IMG/VR virus record: IMGVR_UViG_3300028048_000093
Length of the DNA stretch: 64,000 bases
DNA from: a virus
Lineage: Duplodnaviria; Heunggongvirae; Uroviricota; Caudoviricetes; Crassvirales
Direction: 5' to 3' (one strand)
In this document: one piece after another, positions 29,101 to 37,566 of the stretch
How positions within the stretch are numbered: the first letter of the stretch is position 1
Layout of the letters: every line of letters begins with the position of its first letter
Program-made: the position numbers and the translations under genes
The notes under the pieces: generated by a model
Databases searched by the model: none
Seen by the model: the letters and a program-made list of their open reading frames with translations, nothing else
Told to the model about the DNA's origin: nothing

Positions 29101-29619
29101 TTACTCTTCTTGCTTAGATTCTTCCTTGGGCAGGTACAAGGCTTTGCTCACATAAGCCTTCTCCTTCTCAATCTGGGCCTCGAAGAACTGCTGCATATCA
29201 GACATCTGAGCAGACCACTCATCATAGTTTGCCTTAAATGCCTCTGCCATCTTCTTCGCAATCCTGAGGGCAATGGCCTGAATCTTGCTATCAACAATCT
29301 TCTTGCCAATCTCCTCACTGTAGGTGTCATCAGCCCTGCACTCTGTCTTGGCAGTGATAACAGCAATGTATGCCTCTGCCTGAGTGTTGAAGTTGAACTT
29401 GAGGTCCACATCAGGGAATCCCTGAATCACCTTCTGCATAGCTTTGAACATAGGCTTAGACAGGTTAGGTGCAAAGTTCTTCACAGGGATTGCAATGGTA
29501 GCAATACCAATAGTCACCTCACCAACCCTTCGACCTTTCTTCTCTTTAGCTTCCTGACAAATGTACTTTGTGGGAGCTGCCTGCACGAAGATGTCATCTT
29601 TCTTCAGTTTTCCATTCAT
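29101..29619 (-). CDS. hypothetical protein (172 aa)
   Basis: ORF track entry. Confidence 0.45.
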   Translation of the reverse strand: MNGKLKKDDIFVQAAPTKYICQEAKEKKGRRVGEVTIGIATIAIPVKNFAPNLSKPMFKAMQKVIQGFPDVDLKFNFNTQAEAYIAVITAKTECRADDTYSEEIGKKIVDSKIQAIALRIAKKMAEAFKANYDEWSAQMSDMQQFFEAQIEKEKAYVSKALYLPKEESKQEE

Positions 29620-30806
29620 AATGTTAATTCTGTTAAATTTGTTATTGTTGTTACCAACTCTGGGTTATAGTTCTCCATCATTTTGTTCACAATCTCCTCT
29701 TCCCTAGTACCTTTATAGTAAGGGATGATGATAACAGGGTCAGGATGCCTCAGCAATCTTCCTAACTTCTGTGTAATCATCCTGTCAGAGCTATTGAGAA
29801 CAGCATAGATGCCTACTCTGCAATTTACAAGGTTCATGCCCTCATCCAGCATATTGCAGGCTGTGATATGGTCTATGAACCCATCATTGAACTGCTCCAG
29901 ATTCTCTTTGGACTGCTTGGTATTCTTACTATTCACACAGCAAGTTCCAAGTTCCTCAGTCTGAGCTATTCCATTACAGAATGTGAGCGTCCTCTGTTTC
30001 CCTAGGAGGTCTAGAAGAGTTTTAACATAGGCTGATTTCTGCTCAGACAACCATTTCAACCTCTCTCCTGATTTCCTCAGGAACAGATTCTTGAATGTCT
30101 CATTGAACATCTTCTTCCTATACCACTCTATGATTGAAGACAAGTCATCATAGTACTGCCCTTGTGTGCAGGTGATGACTATTCTTCGGTTCTTGATTCC
30201 CTTATACTTCCACCTATCTACATAGGGGATAGTGATTTCTATCTTCTGGGAGGGGTTCTTGACTATCCTGTGGGTCACATAGGTTCTATCAAGAGAGAGG
30301 GGAATGAGATACACACGGGGGTCAGGTAAAACCTCATCCTCAATGGCCTTTCTTGCTGATACCTTATATGTATATAGGTCAGGGAAGAGAGCCTTGAGTT
30401 CTCTTTTGAGGTCTCTGCCTACAGTTGCCGACAACAATATTACATTCTTGGCTATCTGGCTGCTTGCATCACTCCAAGCATCCCTACACCTCTCAGACAG
30501 GTGATGACACTCATCAAATATGATGGCATCCCACCAAGCTGTGTACAGCTTCTTAGGGAATGAGACATAGGTCACAAACTCTACACCCTTGAACCTTTCA
30601 GTATATCCCCATTGCTCTATCTCTTTCTTCCAGTTGTTTATAAGAACCAGCCTGGGAATTACAATGAGGACTCTGGGGTTCTCAGGCACTCGCTTGTTCA
30701 ATAAGTCAAGTGCAATCTTGGACTTGCCAAATGATGTGGGCAACTCACACAATATGTTGGAATTTGATACCTCCAGTATCTCCTCCCTTACTTCTTCTCT
30801 TGTCAT
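29616..30806 (-). CDS. SF2 helicase (DEAD/DEAH-like)
   Basis: Motif I LPTSFGKSKIAL and motif II IFDECHHL. Confidence 0.7.
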   Translation of the reverse strand: MTREEVREEILEVSNSNILCELPTSFGKSKIALDLLNKRVPENPRVLIVIPRLVLINNWKKEIEQWGYTERFKGVEFVTYVSFPKKLYTAWWDAIIFDECHHLSERCRDAWSDASSQIAKNVILLSATVGRDLKRELKALFPDLYTYKVSARKAIEDEVLPDPRVYLIPLSLDRTYVTHRIVKNPSQKIEITIPYVDRWKYKGIKNRRIVITCTQGQYYDDLSSIIEWYRKKMFNETFKNLFLRKSGERLKWLSEQKSAYVKTLLDLLGKQRTLTFCNGIAQTEELGTCCVNSKNTKQSKENLEQFNDGFIDHITACNMLDEGMNLVNCRVGIYAVLNSSDRMITQKLGRLLRHPDPVIIIPYYKGTREEEIVNKMMENYNPELVTTITNLTELTL

Positions 30807-31273
30807 TTCTTTTGGTTTACTATTTGTTTCACTTTTGCTACATAGGAACTATCCTCTGCGTAGCCTAGCCTATTGAGATAATCATAGTAGTCACTCGGAG
30901 GATGTTTCCATTTCTGAATGAACTTCTTATAGGCAGCTACTGCATCAGTCCAGTGCTCAAAAGACATATAGGTGCTATCCTTCTTCCTGAGTCCAAAGAG
31001 GTTATTCCTCTTCAAACAGGCATAGGATTTGAAATTTCCTGTCTCTAGTATAGCCTGAGCCATAACTATTTCAGGGAACTCTATACCTTGGGCTACAAGC
31101 TCATCCATGAGATTACTCTCATTGAGCTTGAAATGGTTGTGTCTCCATTGTACACTAGCCACTTCACCCTGTTTCTCTTCTGCACTTTTCTGAATGGCTT
31201 GCCACCATAATGTGAAGCCCACTCCTAAAATCGCTCCTACAATAAGTAGGGCTGCTATTGTTTTAACCTTCAT
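30803..31273 (-). CDS. endolysin, N-acetylglucosaminidase (FlgJ/PF01832-like) with N-terminal membrane anchor
   Basis: AQAILETGNFKS...NNLFGLR matches the glucosaminidase signature. N-terminal transmembrane helix present. A11 tract upstream of ATG. Confidence 0.65.
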   Translation of the reverse strand: MKVKTIAALLIVGAILGVGFTLWWQAIQKSAEEKQGEVASVQWRHNHFKLNESNLMDELVAQGIEFPEIVMAQAILETGNFKSYACLKRNNLFGLRKKDSTYMSFEHWTDAVAAYKKFIQKWKHPPSDYYDYLNRLGYAEDSSYVAKVKQIVNQKK

Positions 31274-31292
31274 AGGCTTTTTTTTTTTGTGA

Positions 31293-31589
31293 TTAAACCT
31301 CTCTTGTTAAGAATCCTGTAAAGGATTTCCACCACCTTGATTCACAATGGAACAGTATTCCATCCCACTCATCGTATTGCAGACCATATACTACTGCTCC
31401 AACAATAAATGCAAGTATGTTTACTACTGGTACAGCAGCAAGCACTGCAAAAGAGAGCATCATCCACATTGGGAACGGCAACTTATCACCTAGTTCGCCT
31501 CCACACCCTCTTTCATAAGTGTGCTTGTGAACAAAGATGGTGATGGTGAGCAATATGATACCCACCATCAACCAAATCAACGTACACAT
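31293..31589 (-). CDS. small membrane protein, holin candidate (2 TM)
   Basis: Two hydrophobic helices. Adjacent to the endolysin. Confidence 0.4.
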   Translation of the reverse strand: MCTLIWLMVGIILLTITIFVHKHTYERGCGGELGDKLPFPMWMMLSFAVLAAVPVVNILAFIVGAVVYGLQYDEWDGILFHCESRWWKSFTGFLTREV

Positions 31590-31591
31590 GG

Positions 31592-32389
31592 CTACTTGCT
31601 GAATTTGCTGATGTCCATGAATGTGGACTGATTACCTCCAGTGACAACAGAAGGTACTGAACCATCCCATTTGTCAATCCATGCTTTCTGCAATACAGCA
31701 GGTGTCAGTGCCTGAGTCCTCAGCCTATTGGCCTCAGCTTCAGCTTCAGCAGCAACTACCAGTTTCCTAGCCTGTGCTTCTGCTACCTTGACCTCATTCT
31801 CAGCCTTCTGAGCATCCTGTACTGCCTTGTTCTTAGCATTGACTGCCTCTACAATAGTGGAAGGATATTTCAAGCCTGATGTCAGCTGCTCCAACTGGAA
31901 GCCTTCTCTGTTAAGTGTGGCTACCAACTGTCTTTCTACAGCTTTCTCCAGACTGTCCCTCATAGACACAATCTCATCAGTGGTGAATTTATTGAGCTGA
32001 ATCCTAAAGGCATCCCTTACATGGTTGAACAGCGGGCCACCTATAATATCGGGCACATCTTTCCTGTACTTTCTAAAGATAGGAGCAGCCTGTCCATCAA
32101 TAATCTTGAGGGAGATAGTAGGGTCAACTGTAAACTCAGAACCATCCTTTGCATTGATGGTAAAGGCAGGGTAGTCAACTGTCTGCACAAAGGTAGGGTA
32201 CTCATACACATTCTGAGTGAATGGGTTGTACCACACCATACCTGTGACCAGACTCACATCATTGACTCCCTTGTCTGAGCCATACAGATTCACTAAGATG
32301 CCTTCATGTCCAGCATCAACTCTTTCACATGAGCTAAAGCTCAACAATGCCATCAGTGCGATGGCCATTGTGCAAATAAATTTCTTCAT
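31592..32389 (-). CDS. SPFH/band-7 domain lipoprotein
   Basis: Signal peptide with lipobox-like LSFSSC. AEAEAEANRLR region typical of stomatin/HflK-like SPFH proteins. A12 leader. Confidence 0.5.
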   Translation of the reverse strand: MKKFICTMAIALMALLSFSSCERVDAGHEGILVNLYGSDKGVNDVSLVTGMVWYNPFTQNVYEYPTFVQTVDYPAFTINAKDGSEFTVDPTISLKIIDGQAAPIFRKYRKDVPDIIGGPLFNHVRDAFRIQLNKFTTDEIVSMRDSLEKAVERQLVATLNREGFQLEQLTSGLKYPSTIVEAVNAKNKAVQDAQKAENEVKVAEAQARKLVVAAEAEAEANRLRTQALTPAVLQKAWIDKWDGSVPSVVTGGNQSTFMDISKFSK

Positions 32390-32407
32390 TGCTTTTTTTT
32401 TTGTTAA

Positions 32408-32602
32408 TTACTTATGCCTCCATGTGAGCTTTGGTAAGTCAGTCAGGCACTTTGTCTTGTAAGTTAGGACGATGAACACAACCCAGATAATCATTCCCAG
32501 TGCTACTAGGATGTCATTGGGGGCTGATACCATTTGTCCTGCGAAGGTCCACACCAGCATAAGCAGGATGAACCAGAGAAAAATACTTAACGCCTTTTTC
32601 AT
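32408..32602 (-). CDS. small membrane protein (2 TM)
   Basis: ORF track entry. Hydrophobic. Confidence 0.35.
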   Translation of the reverse strand: MKKALSIFLWFILLMLVWTFAGQMVSAPNDILVALGMIIWVVFIVLTYKTKCLTDLPKLTWRHK

Positions 32603-32603
32603 A

Positions 32604-33365
32604 TTATTGTAAGTCAGAGAGTTTTGCTATAAACTTATATGCCATACCTGTGAGGTAGTCAGGGCTATACATAGGCACCTTGGTCATCCATTCACAACCA
32701 TACCCTTCTACAGATACAGGAGTGAATTGTTTCAGGTACTCCTTGGTGCTTGCAGATGTCTCTTTGTTCCTAAGTAGTCCTGTATATCCTTCCCACTTAT
32801 CCCGTGAGATTATCCACACATTCACTATCTTAGTGACACCCTTGCCTTTTGCCCAGACTTTGCCCAAATACTTTGGACCATACTCAGTCATCCCCATCTT
32901 AATATCCTTCAAGACCTCCTTGTTAAAGTCTACATGGGCTTTCACTGGCTTGCGTCTTCTGTTGAAGGTAGTGTAAGGAAGCTTCTTGTCATTGTACTTG
33001 GAGTATCTGCAAAGGAAACCTGAGGAGGACACATAGAACTTGTTATGATGCCATGTAGTTGCATCCTTCTCCTTATCCACATGGTTGTAGAATAACTCAT
33101 GCGGAGGCTGTTCTCCCTTATAGGTTTTCTTCACTTCCTTAACAAAGTCTGAGAACACCTTATCTATAGGTCTGTCCACCTGTGAATACAACCATCTTTC
33201 AATGGGTGCTCTCACATAATTGTACCAATCACCTATGTAGTGATTCCCCATCAGTTTCCTCACAGGAAGATGTCTGCCCTTATAGGCTTTGTATGCCTTA
33301 TCATGTCTGGGCTGACTTTTCTTTCCATGACTTTTCTTTGACGTTTGTTTGAAATCTAAGGCCAT
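32604..33365 (-). CDS. hypothetical basic protein (253 aa)
   Basis: ORF track entry. Confidence 0.45.
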   Translation of the reverse strand: MALDFKQTSKKSHGKKSQPRHDKAYKAYKGRHLPVRKLMGNHYIGDWYNYVRAPIERWLYSQVDRPIDKVFSDFVKEVKKTYKGEQPPHELFYNHVDKEKDATTWHHNKFYVSSSGFLCRYSKYNDKKLPYTTFNRRRKPVKAHVDFNKEVLKDIKMGMTEYGPKYLGKVWAKGKGVTKIVNVWIISRDKWEGYTGLLRNKETSASTKEYLKQFTPVSVEGYGCEWMTKVPMYSPDYLTGMAYKFIAKLSDLQ

Positions 33366-33541
33366 ATTACAATGTAGCTTCGTCTGCTGAAATCATACAA
33401 CCTGTAGTCATTGTACCACATGATGAGGGTATGTTTACCATTCAACCATATTGTATCAAACCTTGGTTCCCATACTACATATATGAAACCATACAGGATT
33501 CCCAACAGAGCTAGTGTTGATAATATTAAAAGCATACTCAT
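33356..33541 (-). CDS. small membrane protein (61 aa)
   Basis: ORF track entry. One transmembrane helix. Confidence 0.3.
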   Translation of the reverse strand: MSMLLILSTLALLGILYGFIYVVWEPRFDTIWLNGKHTLIMWYNDYRLYDFSRRSYIVIWP

Positions 33542-34062
33542 ATCTCAGGGTTGCAAGCTATTACATAATCGAAGTTTGAGAGAACCTCCCTTATTTTCTT
33601 GGTCTCTATCTGCTCCATTTCTTCAACCTTGCCATAGAGGTTTGTAATACAAGCTGCATCAAAGTGTATGAGGTTAGGCTCTACTTCATGGTGTACATCA
33701 TCTATGATAGCTTCCATAGTGAAACCTTCACAGACAAAATCATCCACTATGATGAGGGCATCACCATTCAATAGGAACCTTGATATTCCTGACAGTGAAT
33801 GAGAATGACTATTCTCACCCTCTTTTCTTGACATACAGATATGTACCTCTACCCCTTCTGCTATCAGTGTATGAGCTATAGCTCCTGCCATCATAGCACC
33901 TGATGTTCCTCTTCCTACCAAACATATACTCCTGTTAGGATATAGTTGCATCAGAGTTTCAGCTGCATTAGTGGCAAAAGTTATGAATCCCTTTACTGAA
34001 CTTCCCATTGGGTACTCTACATAACTGTAGTCCACCCCTATAAACTTTGTTTGCTTCTCCAT
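33538..34062 (-). CDS. type I phosphoribosyltransferase-fold protein (second copy, divergent)
   Basis: PRPP-binding-like motif ALIIVDDFVCEGFTM. Confidence 0.5.
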   Translation of the reverse strand: MEKQTKFIGVDYSYVEYPMGSSVKGFITFATNAAETLMQLYPNRSICLVGRGTSGAMMAGAIAHTLIAEGVEVHICMSRKEGENSHSHSLSGISRFLLNGDALIIVDDFVCEGFTMEAIIDDVHHEVEPNLIHFDAACITNLYGKVEEMEQIETKKIREVLSNFDYVIACNPEI

Positions 34063-34091
34063 AAAAAAAAAAAAAAGGAGGCAGAGCCTCC
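34063..34091 (-). terminator. rho-independent terminator abutting next start codon
   Basis: Minus-strand GGAGGCTCTGCCTCC followed by T14, then ATG of the PRTase gene. Confidence 0.55.
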
Positions 34092-34238
34092 CATTCCCTA
34101 CAGAGGGTTACTTGTTTATGCTGCCTGGCTTCTTGTGGAGGTGGCCTGACTCATTGTTCTTACCACCTCTAGCCTCCCAAGCCTTCTGGCGGGCAATCAG
34201 GTTCTGTAATTTCTTCTTGTACTTCATAGCGTGGATAA

Positions 34239-34763
34239 TTAATCGTTGAACACTGTGTAATCAGCTAATCTGCCTCCCCTGCTTTCGCAAATACGGCGAA
34301 GATGCCACTCCAGCTTCTCCTTCTGACTCTGAGAGTTCCATGCCTGAGAAGATATGGATATTCCCTTCTTCAGGAGAGCCTTGTTGGGCTTGAACTCCTT
34401 AGGGAACCTGTAACCATCAGGCACTTCATTGCCAATGAAATAGTCATAGGCTTCCTCAGAAATGTTGAGGCTCTGCTTGGCAGTCTTGTAACCGCGAGTG
34501 TTGAAATGAAGGAACTCAGTGACCATCTTCTTGGTCTTGTCATCCCTGTAGGAGACCTTGATACTGTGATGGTTACACTTCTCAGGGTCAGGTACAAGGG
34601 CAGTCTCAAAGACTAACTCACCTTTCTTGTTCCTCTTCTGTTTGCCTGCATACTTGCCTTTCTTGTTAATGACAGGTCTTTTGACTTCTTTTGAGCAGTC
34701 ACGCTCACTCATCATTGTACTACCTGGTAGTAGAATGGTGAGATTCACTTTTGTGTTACTCAT
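34239..34763 (-). CDS. hypothetical basic protein (174 aa)
   Basis: ORF track entry. A10 leader. Terminator at 34063-34091 downstream. Confidence 0.45.
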   Translation of the reverse strand: MSNTKVNLTILLPGSTMMSERDCSKEVKRPVINKKGKYAGKQKRNKKGELVFETALVPDPEKCNHHSIKVSYRDDKTKKMVTEFLHFNTRGYKTAKQSLNISEEAYDYFIGNEVPDGYRFPKEFKPNKALLKKGISISSQAWNSQSQKEKLEWHLRRICESRGGRLADYTVFND

Positions 34764-34782
34764 CTTTTTTTTTTAGTCACTA

Positions 34783-34859
34783 TGGCGAATTAGACAGGAT
34801 TTGAACCTATTACACTTTGTATGACAAACAAATGCTCTATCCAAATGAGCTACAAATTC
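34783..34859 (-). tRNA. tRNA-Asp(GTC), CCA encoded
   Basis: Manual fold: acceptor GAATTTG/CTAATTC, D arm GCTC...GAGC, anticodon loop TTGTCAT, T arm with GGTTCAAATCC. Confidence 0.7.
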
Positions 34860-34866
34860 TTTACCA

Positions 34867-34879
34867 TATTGTAAGTGAC
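34867..34879 (-). repeat. recurring motif GTCACTTACAATA (minus orientation) 7 nt upstream of tRNA-Asp
   Basis: Variants of the same motif also occur at 35181-35191, 35273-35285, 35563-35575, 39745, 39896 and 39927, mostly 7-15 nt 5' of tRNA or tRNA-like starts. Confidence 0.4.
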
Positions 34880-35089
34880 TCTATCTTTTGTTGTTAATAA
34901 TCAATAAAAGCAGCTTCTTATTCTCGGCTAATGCTGCAAAGCCTCAACCCAACATAGGTATGTCAAGTGCTGGGATTTAGCTCTCTTGGTTCCTGAAAAG
35001 GACGGGTAAGCAGCCTTGATATGTAGCTGGCTGCTTGTACAGATTGCGTTGTGGAACTACTAGAGAGTGTAGGATAGTCACTAAGTTGT

Positions 35090-35135
35090 GTCAACATTAA
35101 AAGTGTTGTGCTCTAACCACTGAGCTAATCTGCCG
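35090..35135 (-). pseudogene. tRNA-Lys(TTT)-like 5' fragment (acceptor, D arm and anticodon arm only)
   Basis: Reads CGGCAGATTAGCTCAGTGGTTAGAGCACAACACTTTTAATGTTG. No T arm or 3' acceptor follows within 250 nt. Confidence 0.4.
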
Positions 35136-35139
35136 ATAA

Positions 35140-35167
35140 TGGAGGCGGATATAGGAGTCGAACCTAT
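35140..35167 (-). pseudogene. orphan tRNA 3' fragment (T arm, acceptor 3' strand and CCA)
   Basis: Reads ATAGGTTCGACTCCTATATCCGCCTCCA. No matching 5' half is present upstream. Confidence 0.35.
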
Positions 35168-35198
35168 GCTTGATGTGGTCTTGTAAGTGACTATGTAG

Positions 35199-35323
35199 TG
35201 GGGGAGCCTGGACTCGAACCAGGAATTTCAAAAACCTCAATTTTGCGTGTTTACCTGAATTTTAATGATAGTATTGTATGTGACTAATAGTCACACGAAA
35301 ATTACTAATTTCACTACTCCCCC
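35199..35323 (-). ncRNA. tRNA-like RNA gene (~125 nt) with ~75-nt insertion in place of the anticodon arm
   Basis: Perfect acceptor pairing GGGGGAG/CTCCCCC. T arm CCTGGTTCGAGTCCAGG. Internal 8-bp palindrome TGTGACTA-T-TAGTCACA and a copy of the upstream motif lie inside. Confidence 0.4.
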
Positions 35324-35327
35324 ATAA

Positions 35328-35460
35328 TGGGCGGGGAATGAGAGAATCGAACTCCCATTTCTGGATTGTGTCCCAGAAAAATTGTATAAGATGCTGTTGT
35401 ATGTATCAAATAGGACACGGAGATACACAATACAATCGGCAACCATTGCCAAATTCCCCA
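35328..35460 (-). ncRNA. tRNA-like RNA gene (~133 nt) with extended anticodon-region hairpins, CCA encoded
   Basis: Acceptor TGGGGAA/TTCCCCG. D arm TGGC-AATGGTT-GCCG. T arm GGGAGTTCGATTCTCTC. About 57 extra nt between the D and T arms form hairpins. Confidence 0.4.
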
Positions 35461-35477
35461 TTGAAAGACACTAATAA

Positions 35478-35550
35478 ACTTACATATTGGAATCGAACCA
35501 ATTATACTCTGATTACCAATCGGATGCTCTACCTAATGAGCTAATGTTAA
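35478..35550 (-). tRNA. tRNA-Thr(GGT)
   Basis: Manual fold: D arm GCTC-ATTAGGTA-GAGC, anticodon loop TTGGTAA, T arm TTGGTTCGATTCCAA. The acceptor has one mismatch. Confidence 0.5.
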
Positions 35551-35562
35551 TTTTTACTATAG

Positions 35563-35575
35563 TATTGTAAGTGTC
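35563..35575 (-). repeat. motif copy (GACACTTACAATA) 13 nt upstream of tRNA-Thr
   Basis: Same motif family as 34867-34879. Confidence 0.35.
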
Positions 35576-35633
35576 TTAATTGTGGATGAGTGAGGTATCA
35601 CCCTCACCCACCCTAGAATCTGTAAAAAAGGTC

Positions 35634-37517
35634 TTACAGAGTATTTGCTCTCACAAGCTCATACCTGTTTGACCTGTGGATTGACTGCAAGGGAGTATAG
35701 ACATCGAAGACATCCATATCCTTGAAGTTAGTCAGGAACTGCTCAATTTGTGCAGGATTTGAAGGAATGTACATCAGGTTGTCTATACCTGAGAACTTCT
35801 CTACAGCCCTCTCCATATACCTGTCATCATAGCCATTGGTTACATCCATAGCCACAATGAAAGGCTTGAAGCCTAGGTGTATCTCGCACTGTCTGAGTAA
35901 ATCAGCCACTGAGGACTCAGGGCTGGGCAGATTGTTCCACTCTCCATCTGAAATGATAGTCCATACAGGGAAATCCTTGAGGGCATCCTTCAGCTGAGGG
36001 AAGTCAGTCATAATGACTTTGAGGCTCTTAATGAGAGTAGAAATGTCAGTCCAACCACCACCAAACATACCTCTAAGATAAGAACTGATGTTCTTGTAGT
36101 TATCCATAAAGGATTTGGTGGGGTCAACAAAGGGTTTGTTCACAGACTTTACACCTGAGTTCCTTCTCATAATAGAGTTAGGAGTCTCTGCTGCTTCCCT
36201 ATCAATGTGGCTGAACCATCTACAGCTTCTTCCAAAGAGGCCAACTAGGTTCCTACCATCATCATCGGGGTTCTTGCACAGACATACAGATGCAATGAAG
36301 GATGCAAAGGAGAAGGGCATACCACTCATAGACCCTGAGTCATCAATAATGACGAGGGTATTGTAAGGCAGGTTTACCTTATTCTGAATGAAAGCTTCAA
36401 GTTTGGCACCATCCACTCTACCAGAGATAATCTGCTGATACAACTCCTTGAAGTTTGTTGCACCAACATTAACCTTAGCCTCCTTCTTGACCTTCTGCAA
36501 CTTCACCTTATCCTCCTCTGAAGCCTGACCTTGTCTGACTTTCTCCTCAAGCACTCTCTGCTCTGTCTGCTTCTGCTCTTTGTATGCCTCCCACTTGGCT
36601 ACCCAAGGCTGGAACTTGGCCCACTTAGCTACCTCCTGTGTAGCAGTTACAGACTTTCCATCCATACCTGCTGTCTCACAGTCAGTGTCTATGACCTTAG
36701 AATAAAGAATCCTGTTCTTTACCCTGAACCTAGCCTGAGAAGGCAGCTTGTCAAACCAATCCAAGAACTGACTCTCGTCAAATTCATTGATTTTGCCTGT
36801 GGAGAAGAGTACACTTTCAAGTGAGCCATTGAACTCCTTGCGCCACTCTCTGTAGCCCTTGAAATTCACATAGGTTCCCTTGACCTCATACTCCCAACCC
36901 ATAAGCTTAGATAGTTCAACAAGGAACTTAGCCTTATTCTCCATTACCTGTTTGGTCTGAGGGAGCATCTTCTTGTGGCCTGCTCTCTTGGAGAATCTGG
37001 GTATAGTGAGGAATTTAGCAATCAGCAGCTTGTTGAAGGGGTTCTTACCATTGATGACTGCATATACATACTTTAAGAGTTCCTCTCTGTACCAATCATC
37101 AGCAAAGATGTCATAGACCTTGAGAACCTTAGAACCCTTGGTCTGTACTCTGCTTCTGAATAAGGTATCAAAGCACTGATACTCATTGAACAAACCAGCA
37201 TTGAGGAACTTCACAAACTGTTGCTTGTGATTGGTTCTCAGCCAGTTAAATATGGTATAGAAGCCTTCACGGTTGGCATTACCACCACTGTCCTTCTTAA
37301 CACCACCAAAGATGTTGTGCTGCCTAGCTGTGATGTCACCTACTGAGAACAGAATGGAGAAGAACAGCTCACGATGTTCCTTATTCTCCTTGACCTCATT
37401 CCAGCAGGTATTGAGCATGGACTCAGAGATAGTGCTGCCTACAGCCTGTGTGAGGTTGAGGCAGTTCCTTAATCCGTAAAAGGGATTGTTACTAGTTTGG
37501 TTTAACTTCACTTCCAT
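35634..37517 (-). CDS. von Willebrand factor A (vWA) domain protein, 627 aa
   Basis: MIDAS motif LVIIDDSGSMSG, then GGWTD, then ISDGE. The C-terminal segment KPFIVAMDVTNGYD resembles the Ro60 vWA segment KLIVCGMTSNGF. The N-terminal ~380 aa are uncharacterised. Confidence 0.6.
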   Translation of the reverse strand: MEVKLNQTSNNPFYGLRNCLNLTQAVGSTISESMLNTCWNEVKENKEHRELFFSILFSVGDITARQHNIFGGVKKDSGGNANREGFYTIFNWLRTNHKQQFVKFLNAGLFNEYQCFDTLFRSRVQTKGSKVLKVYDIFADDWYREELLKYVYAVINGKNPFNKLLIAKFLTIPRFSKRAGHKKMLPQTKQVMENKAKFLVELSKLMGWEYEVKGTYVNFKGYREWRKEFNGSLESVLFSTGKINEFDESQFLDWFDKLPSQARFRVKNRILYSKVIDTDCETAGMDGKSVTATQEVAKWAKFQPWVAKWEAYKEQKQTEQRVLEEKVRQGQASEEDKVKLQKVKKEAKVNVGATNFKELYQQIISGRVDGAKLEAFIQNKVNLPYNTLVIIDDSGSMSGMPFSFASFIASVCLCKNPDDDGRNLVGLFGRSCRWFSHIDREAAETPNSIMRRNSGVKSVNKPFVDPTKSFMDNYKNISSYLRGMFGGGWTDISTLIKSLKVIMTDFPQLKDALKDFPVWTIISDGEWNNLPSPESSVADLLRQCEIHLGFKPFIVAMDVTNGYDDRYMERAVEKFSGIDNLMYIPSNPAQIEQFLTNFKDMDVFDVYTPLQSIHRSNRYELVRANTL

Positions 37518-37566
37518 AATGATGCAACGTTAGATAAGTAAAAACTTGTAAGTAACACTAAATGTT

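Noticed and set aside
35090-35167. Circularly permuted tRNA (3' half followed by 5' half, as in Cyanidioschyzon)
   Set aside because: The acceptor strands of the adjacent 3' fragment (ATCCGCC/TCCGCCT) and the Lys 5' fragment (CGGCAGA) are not complementary, so they cannot form one tRNA.
35199-35460. Group I intron inside the two tRNA-like genes
   Set aside because: The extra sequence is only 57-75 nt. That is far below the ~200 nt minimum of self-splicing group I introns, and no P/Q/R/S elements are visible.
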